42,507 nucleotides of DNA from Nemertoderma westbladi. Its lineage: Eukaryota > Animalia > Xenacoelomorpha. This document shows positions 23,755-35,037 of the stretch, one piece after another (position 1 is the first letter of the stretch; each line of letters starts with the position of its first letter). A model generated the notes under the pieces. The model had not been told where the DNA came from. It saw only the letters and a list, made by a program, of their open reading frames with translations, and ran no database searches. The stretch lies in contig JAUCBJ010000493.1 of the NCBI GenBank assembly GCA_032718475.1, forward strand, positions 1 through 42,507. The letters run 5' to 3'. Position numbers and translations under genes: made by a program.

Positions 23755-23955
23755 TTAATTACTTCACTTTCTTACTAACTCCGATCGCGAGTTGTTAGTG
23801 CTAGTACTTGACCTCACCCTCTCAATTACTTTCACTTTCTTACTAACTCCACACGTGAGTTGATTGTGGTAGTACTTGACCTCACCCTCTCAATTACTTT
23901 CACTTTCTTACTAACTCCACCCACACGTGAGTTGATTGTGCTAGTACTTGACGCC
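23755..23955. repeat. ~65-70-bp tandem repeat (about 3 units), preceded by a CT microsatellite
   Basis: TTCACTTTCTTACTAACTCC...GAGTTG...AGTACTTGAC is repeated. Confidence 0.8.
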
Positions 23956-24140
23956 CTGTCCTCTCTTATTTTCGCCTCGGTTGTGTATTTATCGTTTTGT
24001 CCCAAAATTGCAATACTCACTTCGTCTCCAAATTATGTCATTGTTGTCACCGGTATTTTAATCAAAAGGTACGCATGTTTGCATATTTGTACACACACAT
24101 ATCGAAAAACTAGACTTTCATTCCCGTAGATTGACCAGTC

Positions 24141-25378
24141 TGTTCGCGCTTTCAGACCTTTGGCAGTTTAACCCGCCAAATTAGGATGTCTTCTAGATAA
24201 TAAATCGCTTTAGCCTCTGACAAGTATTTAATTCACTACACTAGTTGAAACCAATCTGTGCGCGATCATTCACCCGTTGGATATACCCGGGAGATTGATT
24301 TCGACAGCTTAATCGTATTGCTATGTAAGCCTAATGTATTATTCGACTGACAGTATTATATAATCTCTGACAATATTATTCACCTTCGGGGAATATTAAC
24401 AGTTCCTTTAGGACGTGGCGCTCTATCTATATAAACAGAGTTATGACTTAAACTACTCACAACGATATGGCTCAGTTATAATTCACATATATGTCGCATT
24501 CTTTAGGAAATGCTTCTTTATCAGTTTCACTCATACACAATGCTGCACAATACTGCACACTAATCTGCCGATCTTCACTGATTTTAGTCACATATAAAAG
24601 GAACACAGACTGGCTCATGTAGGGTATATCAAATAACATTAGATTCACTTCAAACCACTTTAACATAAGTCACAATCGTTATATGTAACCCTTCTCTCTT
24701 ACCTTCGGTATATCAAGAATATTGGGTTTTCGGGGTTATTTCTCGTTATTCCAATATAATAATTCATCAACAAATATAATGAATAACCGACAGCAAAATC
24801 AGTAAAGTTAAGGTATAAATGATTTTGTATGGTATGCCGCATTTATGGATGTTATGCAGGTCGATAAAGGATATATGTCCTTATAATTAAGCCTACTAGT
24901 GTAAGGCTAAAGCAGAAAAGCACAAAATACTCTAAAGCCGTTCTTCCTGGCTTAGAATCACTAACAACACTGATAAGAATAACTATAAGAATACCAGCTA
25001 CCCTTATTCCACGAAGCTCCCGTCCAACACAGAGGATGAGCATTGAGATAGGAAAATTCAGTTCAGTAGCTCTGTGATAGGTCAAAATCAAAGCCAACTC
25101 AAATCCTATTGGCAGATACAGAGAGCTGCAACGTGGCAATATCAGCCGTTAGCCGTCGTCATGGTAGCGACACTGTTTTCAAGAGTATCGAGCTTTTTAC
25201 GTCATGAAATTGCAGATTATGTCCTCTAAAGTACAAGTACAGTTCAAATACAGAAGAAATGACTTTTATGTCCTCTAAAACACCAGTACAGCAAGGACAC
25301 GGCCTTTTTATGCCTGGCAAACCAACTACAGAGTACTTTAAGGGAAAATAACCGGTTAATGACGCAAAAGCTTTTACA
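24141..25378 (-). repeat. 3' LTR of BEL copy C
   Basis: Near-identical to 35038-36275; two substitutions were seen by eye. Confidence 0.96.
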
Positions 25379-25386
25379 CCGCTCCC
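25379..25386 (-). other. Polypurine-tract-like sequence GGGAGCGG
   Basis: Directly upstream of the 3' LTR on the minus strand. Confidence 0.6.
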
Positions 25387-27570
25387 AGAAAATGGGATTT
25401 AAGTCTATAAAATATAACAAATCACAGTTTCTAAAATATAAAGATACTCTAAACAGTTAGTCTTTCTTACGCAGACGGCGTTTATGCAGTTTTTGAGGCT
25501 AGCAAGAGTCCTTTTCTCTTTGGGGCGAGCCACTTTACTAGAAAGGCTATAACTCCTGGGTAAAGGGTGCAATACAATTGCATTAGAAGGTTTGGGTTTA
25601 CGGTCGGAGTCTCGTCCATTTCGATATACTTCTCCTCGAGCTGATTTTCCTCCGCTTGTCATGAGATACGTTCGTCCAAAACTCTCGCAGAGAATAGGGT
25701 TTTCTAAGCTTGATATCTTCTTAGAGATTCGAGATTTCCCAATCGAACTGAGATAAGGCCAATTCGTTTATCGATTGGACTTACTGTCACAACTTACGTT
25801 TATCTGAACAAACGCAGATTTCTTTTTTGATCTTTATAGAATAGTGTTTAACTCGTTTTGTACAACGCTCTCCTTCACCTTGATGAAGGGTTGTATCGCG
25901 TTAAACGGGGACGACCATACGGTTGGATAGTGATATTAGGTGTCCGCGTCACAATCCGGCTAGGTAAGATGGGCGGCTAGCTATAAATCACTGTCGGAGT
26001 GTTACCGATTAATTGTTAGGGTAGCACTAGATCTTTGAACAGTGAATACAGTCCGCGAGGATCCGCGACACCACCAGGATCACAGGTCTGAGGTCCAACT
26101 AAGGAATGAGGAGGTTTGACCGAGTATTCCGGGACTCTGATCGTAGGTTTACTCCAGGATCGTTCGAACCGAGTGAGCATAGGTGATACGTCAAACAAGT
26201 TTCGGTTTTCGTGGATGTTTATGTCTTTCCGTTTATTAGTTGGGTCTAGGGCATTTATCGTAATAATACCAAAGACGCACGTCTGGTAGGGTAAACGCGG
26301 GTGATATTTATTGGTTGTTACAATGCTTCTATCAAGAATTCCAAATATACGTAGGAGTTACCGCGTCCATTTGTTTCTTTAGTGTCTTTTCTTTCGAGTC
26401 GATTTCGAATATAATTTTCGCATTCGAATTTCAGTTTATGGTTCCGACTCCGCTGGGCAGGATATATAGTCGACATAGTCCGTATTGTGTAAATCGATAG
26501 GATGACCAGTAGTTAAGAAGTCCATATACATACCATTACAATGCGTGTAGCGAGCGGTGAATTTTCCATAGTCCAATTCACGCGTAAGTTACTTCCAGGA
26601 AATCGTAGGTTCGATATAACGACCATCATCCTTCGTAGCAGTTGGACTAGTATCACCGCGTATCAAGCTATCAACAAACGCTTGAAAGTAGAGTATATCG
26701 CTCCCTGATACCAAGACCATCTTCTATCAACTCCGTCATATCTGCTATATATGAGTTTATCCATATTATAAGGAGTTTATATTTAGGCTAGCGAGCGTCG
26801 CTGCCTACCCCAATCAGCCCCCGGACAGTGCGAGATCCTCAGCACCGATGTGTCGTCGCCGCTGTACTTTCGCCAACGACGTAGCCGCACAACGACAACG
26901 ACAACCGGTACAAGTCACTCGACTGTCCGTCCCAAAGGCTTAGATACACCTCAGGTTCTTACTGGAGAGTTAGGGTTACTTTCACAATTGCGACTCGCTA
27001 CTGTAAACACACCTTAGTAGTAACATTCGCCTATAAACTCACAAATACCACACACACAACTTGTCACAAATTACACACACTCGGGTCACTTGTCCGTTAG
27101 TCAATGCCTTCCAGAATGTCACTGTATTATTATGTATCCTTGGATACTATCAGTGCACTATTTATTCCCTATGCTATTCAATGGGACAAGCTTTCTATTG
27201 TTCTTTTAACTCAATTCTAATTCTAGCGTGGTTGTTGCTATGGTGACATTATGCAAAGCTAGCGGTAGAATTAGGATAATTCCAATGCATACAGATCTGG
27301 GATGTTATTTAATAGTAATTCTTTAATAGTCAATGTCCTGTTTTATACATGACTTTATAAATTTTATCGGCTATTGACTATGCTTGGGAGACTTTCGCAC
27401 ACTCCTACGCATAATAAGATAAATCTCCGCTCCCTTGATCTATTAATTTATGGAATTTTGGGAATGTTATAAATTGCGTAAGAATGGCAATTTATTAAAT
27501 TCATTAAAAGGCATGAATTTAAATTTATTCCCTGAAATTTTATTATTTGATAATTAAATTGACATATTTT

Positions 27571-27850
27571 GATTCTAGAACATGTCTGGGGACACAAGAT
27601 CCTTAATTCTATGAAAATTGTCTTTTTAAGAATATCGGTAAATGCTACGATATCTTAATTGACTAGAATTGTTAAAGGATCTGAATTTTACAGATTTTGA
27701 CTTATTAGATTTGCAAATATTAAATAATTAATATTTGAGATGGGCACCGATTTATTCCAGAACTGGTCTGGGGACGTTAACCACTGATTCTATAATTTGT
27801 CTTTCAAGTATATCGGTGGGTGCCGCGATATCTTAATCAACTAGAATTAC
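27571..27850. repeat. ~182-bp-spaced diverged repeat with hairpin potential in the BEL 3' noncoding region
   Basis: GTCTGGGGAC at 27584 and 27766, each followed by an ATATCG...CGATAT stem and CTAGAATT. Confidence 0.7.
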
Positions 27851-28398
27851 AGATGGTCAAAGGGTTTAACAGATTTATTTTGCGTTATACGCTACTGTTA
27901 AAGGGACATCACGCTACTATATGTATTATTTAATATACGGTATGAGAGCAATATCGCACGAAGCAATGTCAGTGTGAAGAGGCAAGTCGTTTCCAAGGTC
28001 TACCCAGAGCTTGGTTTAGCCGAGACACGAGGATCTGAACTTTGCATTCCTAATACTCTGCCTACCAATAATACTTGAATATAGTAGTGGCTTTATTGTA
28101 CTTTAATAAGTACGGACATTTCATCTTACTGTAGTTACGTATTTGTAATGTAATACGGACAGTAAGGAAGAAGGAAAAGAATTATTTCTTGCCGTCGCAT
28201 TAAATATAATATATACGTAATTAAGTAATAAACGCGAATATATATTGCACTAATCTACTAAATAATCGCTAAAATAACATTCTACTGAATAAAATTAAAG
28301 AAAACGATTATAATAGAATTACATAGTAATACATACATAAATATAAAAATAATAAAATAATATAAAATAATAGAGTCACACACCCACTCCATATGTTG

Positions 28399-30057
28399 TT
28401 ACGTTATGGAGTCCCTAGATGTTTGAAGGATTAGGGAGGTGGTCGTGGGAAGAGAATCTTGCCTTCCACAGTTTCCGGAGAGTCCTCCATTCCCTTCCGA
28501 TAAACACAAACGACCGACTGGGTGATTGAGTCGCTGCATCCTGAATACAATTCCAGGTTTCCTCTTCGTCCTGGAATAGTGACGATAGAAACATCGCTCA
28601 AAGTATATGACGGCGTCACAAAGCCGATTCCAGGAGCTATAGTGGTCCGTCGCTCTCTGCAGGAGAGGTGAGAGTCCCTGCGAGACGTCTGATGTTCCAG
28701 AGCTCCAATCGCTCTCTCTGATCTTCATGAAGGATCCACTCGCAGTGGGGAGGTCCAGATCCACGGCGTCGTCCCTGGCAATATGTAATACCGACAGATC
28801 TATCCCGGGTTCAAATAACTCCGCTCCACCCGTCCGGGTTTTAGGTTTAACTTTCTCCGCTCCCTTGGCTGGTCTAATCTCAGTTGGAGTAAGATGGGGA
28901 GGCCATTCATCCTCCTTACTCAGGAAGTCGGGTTCACCTAACCGGTCTGTAGTATCTGTCAGTTCTTGAGGAGTTGCTCCTCTGGAAGCGATGTCAGTTG
29001 GATTAAATTTCTTGGGGCAATATCTCCATTGATCTACATTGGAGCTAAGATTGTCATTATCTGAGGAGTGTGGTGTTCCCTCAGTTGGGTCATCTCCCTC
29101 ACTAGTATCATCTTCCCATTCACTCACCTGGCAGACTCGATCTTGAAGCAGTCTTTCCCTGAGCGTTCTACGGGAAGGTCCAGTAAGGTACCAACCTACT
29201 CTAGTTCTTACCGCATAGGTCTGTAGTGGCTGTGGTTGAGCAGGTCGTTTCTCTAATGTCTCCAGCGCCTCATGCGCGTTTTGGCCGATGAGTATTTGCA
29301 CTCCAGGATAATCAGTCTGGAATCGAAGTATGTTAAGATGTTGGATGCTCTCATCCTCGTCCCAATTATAAAGGTCTGCTTGATTAGTAGCGAAGTTCTT
29401 TATAGCCACCATTTTCACTGACCTTATACTGTATTCTCCTAGTTTATCCTGTGGGGTGGACAACTCACCTATATAATAGTCGGCAGCTACAGTAGAATTC
29501 CAAACCTGCATGATCCCTGACATGTTTAGCTTGGTTCGGAACTTGGGTTGTCCAGCAAAGATGACTTCGGCTAGTTCTTTATCGATGAATGTTCCTGTGC
29601 TACCGGAGTCCAGGAGGGCGTTCACTATATAGCTCTTCTGAGGTCCGTGGACCCGTAACTGGACTACAGGAAATTCTCGGATTCCTATATTGGAAGTTGG
29701 CGCTTTCCAAGATGGTTGTTGATCGGAAGTAGTTAAGGTAAGGTCGCTGTCTGTGTCTTTCTCATACACGAGTGCTCGATACACTGCGGTGGTGTTTATT
29801 AGGTAACAGGATTCGTTTTGGTCGGAGAACTCGTCCGTATAGAATCCTTCCATCTCAGATTGATCAGTGTCGTTCACATCACTGAATTGGACATGTAGTT
29901 CGGACTCACTTACCTGACTCGGGCTGTTTCGTTCGAATTCCGTGTGCAACAAGATATGATGTTTTGCGCCGCACTTTGCACACCTTGCGTCGGAGTTACA
30001 GGTTCGCCGTTGGTGTCCTCGTCTGAGGCAATTATAACACAACCGCTTATCCCACAT
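28399..30057 (-). CDS. BEL/Pao Gag zinc knuckles 2-3, aspartic protease and in-frame RNase H C-terminal remnant
   Basis: CYNCLRRGHQRRTC and CAKCGAKHHILLH; ALLDSGSTGTFI; ILIGQN; TRVGWYLTGP; QWRYCPKKFNPTDIASRG...GEPDFL...EWP; YSSWNRL. Confidence 0.9.
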   Translation of the reverse strand: MWDKRLCYNCLRRGHQRRTCNSDARCAKCGAKHHILLHTEFERNSPSQVSESELHVQFSDVNDTDQSEMEGFYTDEFSDQNESCYLINTTAVYRALVYEKDTDSDLTLTTSDQQPSWKAPTSNIGIREFPVVQLRVHGPQKSYIVNALLDSGSTGTFIDKELAEVIFAGQPKFRTKLNMSGIMQVWNSTVAADYYIGELSTPQDKLGEYSIRSVKMVAIKNFATNQADLYNWDEDESIQHLNILRFQTDYPGVQILIGQNAHEALETLEKRPAQPQPLQTYAVRTRVGWYLTGPSRRTLRERLLQDRVCQVSEWEDDTSEGDDPTEGTPHSSDNDNLSSNVDQWRYCPKKFNPTDIASRGATPQELTDTTDRLGEPDFLSKEDEWPPHLTPTEIRPAKGAEKVKPKTRTGGAELFEPGIDLSVLHIARDDAVDLDLPTASGSFMKIRESDWSSGTSDVSQGLSPLLQRATDHYSSWNRLCDAVIYFERCFYRHYSRTKRKPGIVFRMQRLNHPVGRLCLSEGNGGLSGNCGRQDSLPTTTSLILQTSRDSIT

Positions 30058-30074
30058 GACTTCACGTCTATCCT

Positions 30075-32870
30075 TTAGTGATTTTTCAGGAATTTATCAC
30101 ACGCATTTAAACGGTGGGGCCCGTCGCACAGCACACATTTCGGCTTGATGTTACTTACTTTAACCTGTGCTATGTGGTGCGCACTTGTTCTTTCCTCGGG
30201 CTTTCTCACCTGAATTCTTTTAGGAGACGTAGGAAGGGTTTTTTGTACCGGTTCCCTTCTGTCATTGGGTCGAGACTCGGATTTACTTACCTGATCTTTA
30301 GGCATTTTATTGACATAATAAGATCTGTCAGTGTCTTTCCCGCTGTCCTCTCCTTGAGAGGTTTGGCTTTCACCGTCGTCGGTATAACATACTGGTGTTA
30401 CCCTTCTCCTAGAAACGGGTTTCTCACTTACCTTGTTTTCCAATGTCTTCTCTCTGGACTGCCTTAGGAGCTGTAATTTCACTTCTCTATCTAAGAAAGA
30501 CATGAGATCAGCCATGGTAGGACTTCGTCGTTGTTGTTCATTCATGTACAACACTTTCTTGTCCCAGCGTGTACCTACTCCACCCTTGGGCAAAGTAGAT
30601 GCTAAGGCTCCTACAACCATAGAATTCTGGTATTCATGAGACTTACCTAACCAATCTAGTTGTCTACAGATCTCCTGAATCTCATCGGAAAACTCTATAA
30701 TCCCGCTGCTAAGAAACTTTCGGGGCGCCATTAATTTCGCATATAAATACCTAGCTATGTTAGTCCTATTACCATACCTGATGTTTAGTGTATCCCAAAC
30801 TTGTCTTAATCCATCTGGATGTCCAATAAATTTTAACGCCATTGACTTGGGAGATCCTTCCAAGCACTCGATGAGGAATCTAAGTTTCTCTCCATTAGAT
30901 AGCACAGAGTTCTGTATGTTACCTTTGTAATATTCATTAAAAGGTAACCATTTCATCTCATCTCCATTGAACTTGACGATCTCTCCCACCTTTACCGCTT
31001 GCCGGGCTTCGGTTCTAGCCATTTGACGCGTAAAACTTTCTTGGGCCATCGTGTTATTTAATATCGAGTTATCGGTATATAAATTTCTCGGATTATGATC
31101 CGGTCTATAGGGAATATCATTATCAACAGGTTTATAATTACCCTTAATAGGGTTCACTATAGGAGTTTCTACTTCGCTAGCAGTATAGATGCGTGTAGGC
31201 TCCACACCTTGCGCATGAGATACTTCAGACCTAACAGGATGACACATTGTTACAGGGGGTGGTGGTATACCCCTTTGTGTATTTACTAATTTATCGCGCT
31301 CTAGCGCGATACTTTGCTGCACTTCTTGCAACTCTAGTCTACTTTCCCTTACTGTGCCCTTAAATTGCTGAACAGTCTCCTGCATCTGCCCAAGCAGGAG
31401 ATCCATCCCCCGCCGTCTCTCGTCCACCCATTCGACCGCCGAAGCGGGAGTCGCCAACGTTGTAGCGGGCGGACGAGGGACAACGGGCGACAAATTATGA
31501 ATATCTCGCTCGGGGTCCAGGACCTGAACTGTCTCCTGGGCAGTTCTACGGGGCACAGGTAGCTTAGTGCTATGCAGAGGGAATTTAGAGGTAACTTCAG
31601 GGAGCACAGGTGTGTCTATCACCGAAGGGGTGATTTCGAGAACAGGCCTAATTATTTCAGGCTCATCTACTATAGTAGGGAGTCTTTCTATTTTAATTAT
31701 TTGGTCTGTGGGTTCTGTACTGCCTAAGTTGGTGCTATTTAGTTGCCTTCTAACAGCTGGAGGCAAATCAGGCAATTTCTGACGGTGTAATGTTCTTTTA
31801 CGTCTGCTTAGGCGAGATCGATTTCCTCCGCCTTCAGTGTCGGTGGTATCGCCTTCCTCAGATGATGTATAACCTTGTCGTTTGGGAGTAGATCGATTCA
31901 TCATCTGCATATTACTAGCTGTTAACTGTTTATTAAAGTTATCTTGCCTCTCTTGAAGATTTTCCAACTCTAGTTGGGTTGTCTCTTCAGATGCCCTCCG
32001 TTCTGCTTCTGCCACTGCTATCTTTCTTTCCGCTTCTGCCGCTGCCGCTTTCCTTTCCGCTTCTACGGCTGCAGCTGCCACTTTTGCCTCTGCCGCTGCC
32101 GCTTTTATTGCTGCAGCTGCCGCTTTTGCCTCTGCCGCTGCCTCTGCTGCCTTTCTTTCCGCTTCTGCCGCTGCCACTGCCGCTGCTGCTGTCTTTCTGT
32201 CTTCTATACGTTTTTTCCTTACTTGTTCTTCCTGGACTCGTGTGATGCGGAGTTGTTCATCAAATTTAGCTTGGTTCGCCGCTAACATTTCCGCATCGAT
32301 TGCGTCCAGCACAAGCTTGGTTCCTTCACTATTAGGGCTAAGCCCCTCCAGCCTTCTCCTCAACTCTTCGTCCCCTACAAAGCGTTGATAGTCTGACAGA
32401 TAGATGTCAATGGCATCTCTCTTTCGCGGTTTCTCTGCTGTCACTTCGCTTTCTTCTTGAGAAAAAGTGGCGTCGGTTGATTCTTCATAGGTTGGCCGCT
32501 CATCATAAACTTTATCCACCATCTTCGCTCCGCGTTCGGGCGTCCGCTCATCAGTATCCGAACTACTGGAGCTATCAGGCCGCTGAAAACTAGGTTCTTG
32601 GCTAGGATGTTGCTGCTGTTTGACAGCTGCTTCTTGATCCCGCTTGACTTGGGCCCGAGTGCCGATGATAGACCTACGATGTTGGACTAGCCTAGGGTCT
32701 GAGATTACTACAGTAGGGATGGCCTTTCTTACAGCAGGAGGTGACTTCGACTTGGATCTAGGATGTTCTATACTTGGATCTGGGTCACTGATCTTTTTAA
32801 GACACTGTCTAACAGTCATTCTAACACTATCTAGGAGACTATCCGACAGTGATTGGGTTGTGTCAGACAT
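30075..32870 (-). CDS. gag: BEL/Pao Gag (Ala/Glu coiled coil, DUF1759-like capsid region, first zinc knuckle)
   Basis: IVKFNGDEMKWLPF...EKLRFLIECLEG...WDTLNIRYG; CVLCDGPHRLNAC. Confidence 0.92.
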   Translation of the reverse strand: MSDTTQSLSDSLLDSVRMTVRQCLKKISDPDPSIEHPRSKSKSPPAVRKAIPTVVISDPRLVQHRRSIIGTRAQVKRDQEAAVKQQQHPSQEPSFQRPDSSSSSDTDERTPERGAKMVDKVYDERPTYEESTDATFSQEESEVTAEKPRKRDAIDIYLSDYQRFVGDEELRRRLEGLSPNSEGTKLVLDAIDAEMLAANQAKFDEQLRITRVQEEQVRKKRIEDRKTAAAAVAAAEAERKAAEAAAEAKAAAAAIKAAAAEAKVAAAAVEAERKAAAAEAERKIAVAEAERRASEETTQLELENLQERQDNFNKQLTASNMQMMNRSTPKRQGYTSSEEGDTTDTEGGGNRSRLSRRKRTLHRQKLPDLPPAVRRQLNSTNLGSTEPTDQIIKIERLPTIVDEPEIIRPVLEITPSVIDTPVLPEVTSKFPLHSTKLPVPRRTAQETVQVLDPERDIHNLSPVVPRPPATTLATPASAVEWVDERRRGMDLLLGQMQETVQQFKGTVRESRLELQEVQQSIALERDKLVNTQRGIPPPPVTMCHPVRSEVSHAQGVEPTRIYTASEVETPIVNPIKGNYKPVDNDIPYRPDHNPRNLYTDNSILNNTMAQESFTRQMARTEARQAVKVGEIVKFNGDEMKWLPFNEYYKGNIQNSVLSNGEKLRFLIECLEGSPKSMALKFIGHPDGLRQVWDTLNIRYGNRTNIARYLYAKLMAPRKFLSSGIIEFSDEIQEICRQLDWLGKSHEYQNSMVVGALASTLPKGGVGTRWDKKVLYMNEQQRRSPTMADLMSFLDREVKLQLLRQSREKTLENKVSEKPVSRRRVTPVCYTDDGESQTSQGEDSGKDTDRSYYVNKMPKDQVSKSESRPNDRREPVQKTLPTSPKRIQVRKPEERTSAHHIAQVKVSNIKPKCVLCDGPHRLNACDKFLKNH

Positions 32871-34189
32871 GTTTGATGGTACAGTTGAATGCCTACTGCT
32901 ATATTACAGTTAAAGCAAGTCTAGTAATTCAGTATCACTGTTAGCCTAGTAATTAATTACCGATACTGCTACTCAGTGTAGCGTGATATATATATAATAT
33001 TAGTATACCGGTATGCTTATAGTATATATAAGTATTATTACAGACTAAGTTTATCACATAATACCGGTATAATTTTAGCACAAATATATATAAATATATA
33101 ATAGGCCTATCGGGAATACCGGTATACAGCTTACAGTTTGTAGTATATATAATTCGGGACTAGAATTAATTACAAGTACCGGTATAATTTCAGCCTAAAT
33201 TTATAGAAATAAAGATAATAAGCCTATTGCAAATACCGGTATGTCAATTATTTTAAATAATTGAATTTCTGAATTTTTGGGTTACTTGGTTACTTTACTT
33301 ACTTTATTACCGTTATTTGAGCAGTAATCCAACTGATATTGAGACCTAATGGTTGTATGGTAGGCCTACGATTTATAAATCGTTAGATTTGATTTATAAT
33401 ATATATATACCCGTTTTAATGGGTTTGTCAATATTTGAAATAAATGTTATTATTTCTGGGGAGTAATCACTACACAAAGCGGTGTGCTTTCAGTGAAGTG
33501 TTACTTATAGGACACTAAAACAAATAATTCTAATTTACCTAAGTTACTTACTACTACAAACTACGTACGATTCGGGTTGAGATTACAATCTCTAAATAAA
33601 CACAAAATTTTACAAAAACACCAAAATACGAATTTTTAGGGTAATTTTACAAGAAGTCTACAAACCAGCCTAACAAAGGGTTAGAAATCTGGTTATTACA
33701 ACGGACAGGGTACTACGGTATTTGAAAATAATAAGTAGTAGTAAATACACTGCGTTGTCCAGATAGGAAAATACCACCGCCTGACGACCTATAGCCGTAT
33801 CGCTATAGGTTCTACGTTATGTATCACGGAGTGTTCCTACCTAGAAGTTAATAGAGCTAATCGAACGTGCCTATTAACCACTTTACAACACAAATATAAT
33901 GCCTACACTAATTACTTTCGGAAAGCACTGTACACTAAACCCTAAATTAGGTACGAGTACTTGTACAACAGATAATCAGTAGTTAAATATACTTGAACAG
34001 CTAAAAGAACCACGGCATCTGCTGGAGTGACCAGTGCACAAAATCACCAGTCTTTACCTACGCCAAGCAGCCCGTGTAGTACCGGGGTTAATTTAACTAT
34101 AACGGTATGTATAACAAACACAATTACTGTAGGAACAAACTTGGGGAATATGAATGTTGCGAATAATCGCATAAACTCTGAATAATAAA

Positions 34190-34755
34190 TATTACGCTAC
34201 GCGTACAAACTACTCAAACAAAATGCAGACCAAATACCGACAGACTACCATCAAGCCTAAACAAACTACGGTATATGTAGACTCCGAAATGATTAGGCAG
34301 TATGCGTTCTAACCCAGTAGTACGACTTATTCTTTAATTGGGGGTTTACCTTACAGCATTTGCTGCCCCTACTTCCTAACCGTACTTAATCGGACAGAGG
34401 CTCTACACACACTACAATCCGTTCAGACCTAATAACAGCCAGACAACTATCCAGCCTACAAATTATCTAAATAAATATTATACGCTACCTGTACGGACTT
34501 ACACAAACAAAGTACAGACTAAACGATGGCAGACTACTCTCAAGCCTAAATAAACTACAGGACATGCAGACTCCGAAATGATTAGGCAGTATGCGTTCTA
34601 ACCCAGTAGTACGACTTATTCTTTAATTGGGGGTTTACCTTACAGCTTTTGCTGCCCCTACTTCCTAACCGTTCTTTATCGGACAGATGATCTACACACA
34701 CTGCAATCCGTTCAGACTTAACAACAATCAGACAACAGCTCAGCCTACAAATTGT
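34190..34755 (-). repeat. 289-bp tandem duplication with structured core, copy C
   Basis: Cores at ~34276-34407 and ~34565-34696. Confidence 0.9.
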
Positions 34756-35037
34756 CTGTACAATCTGATCAGGCATACACGCCTTCTGTTCAATACTGGC
34801 CTACAAATAAATAAAACTTGACAGAAATAAGTAAAAATCTCAATAAAAAACCAGGGCTGCAGTCCCTGATTAATTATTAAGGCCTACCGGTATATAACTA
34901 TCAAAATCGAATAATACTGCTGTACCTGTACTGCTGTAGGTACCGGTCCGGGTGGTTAGGTAGTCAGGCCTACTGGGTACCGGTTGCCGGTACTTCAGCT
35001 TTATTGCCTACTGCAATACAGAAGCAATATCCTTTAT

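Noticed and set aside
24415-25139. Short ORFs repeated in the LTRs (60, 64 and 95 aa)
   Set aside because: Non-ATG starts, recurrence explained by LTR duplication, and not preserved in the divergent LTR B.
31974-32285. Cys-rich and Leu/Pro-rich plus-strand ORFs
   Set aside because: Antisense shadows of the Ala-rich gag repeat.
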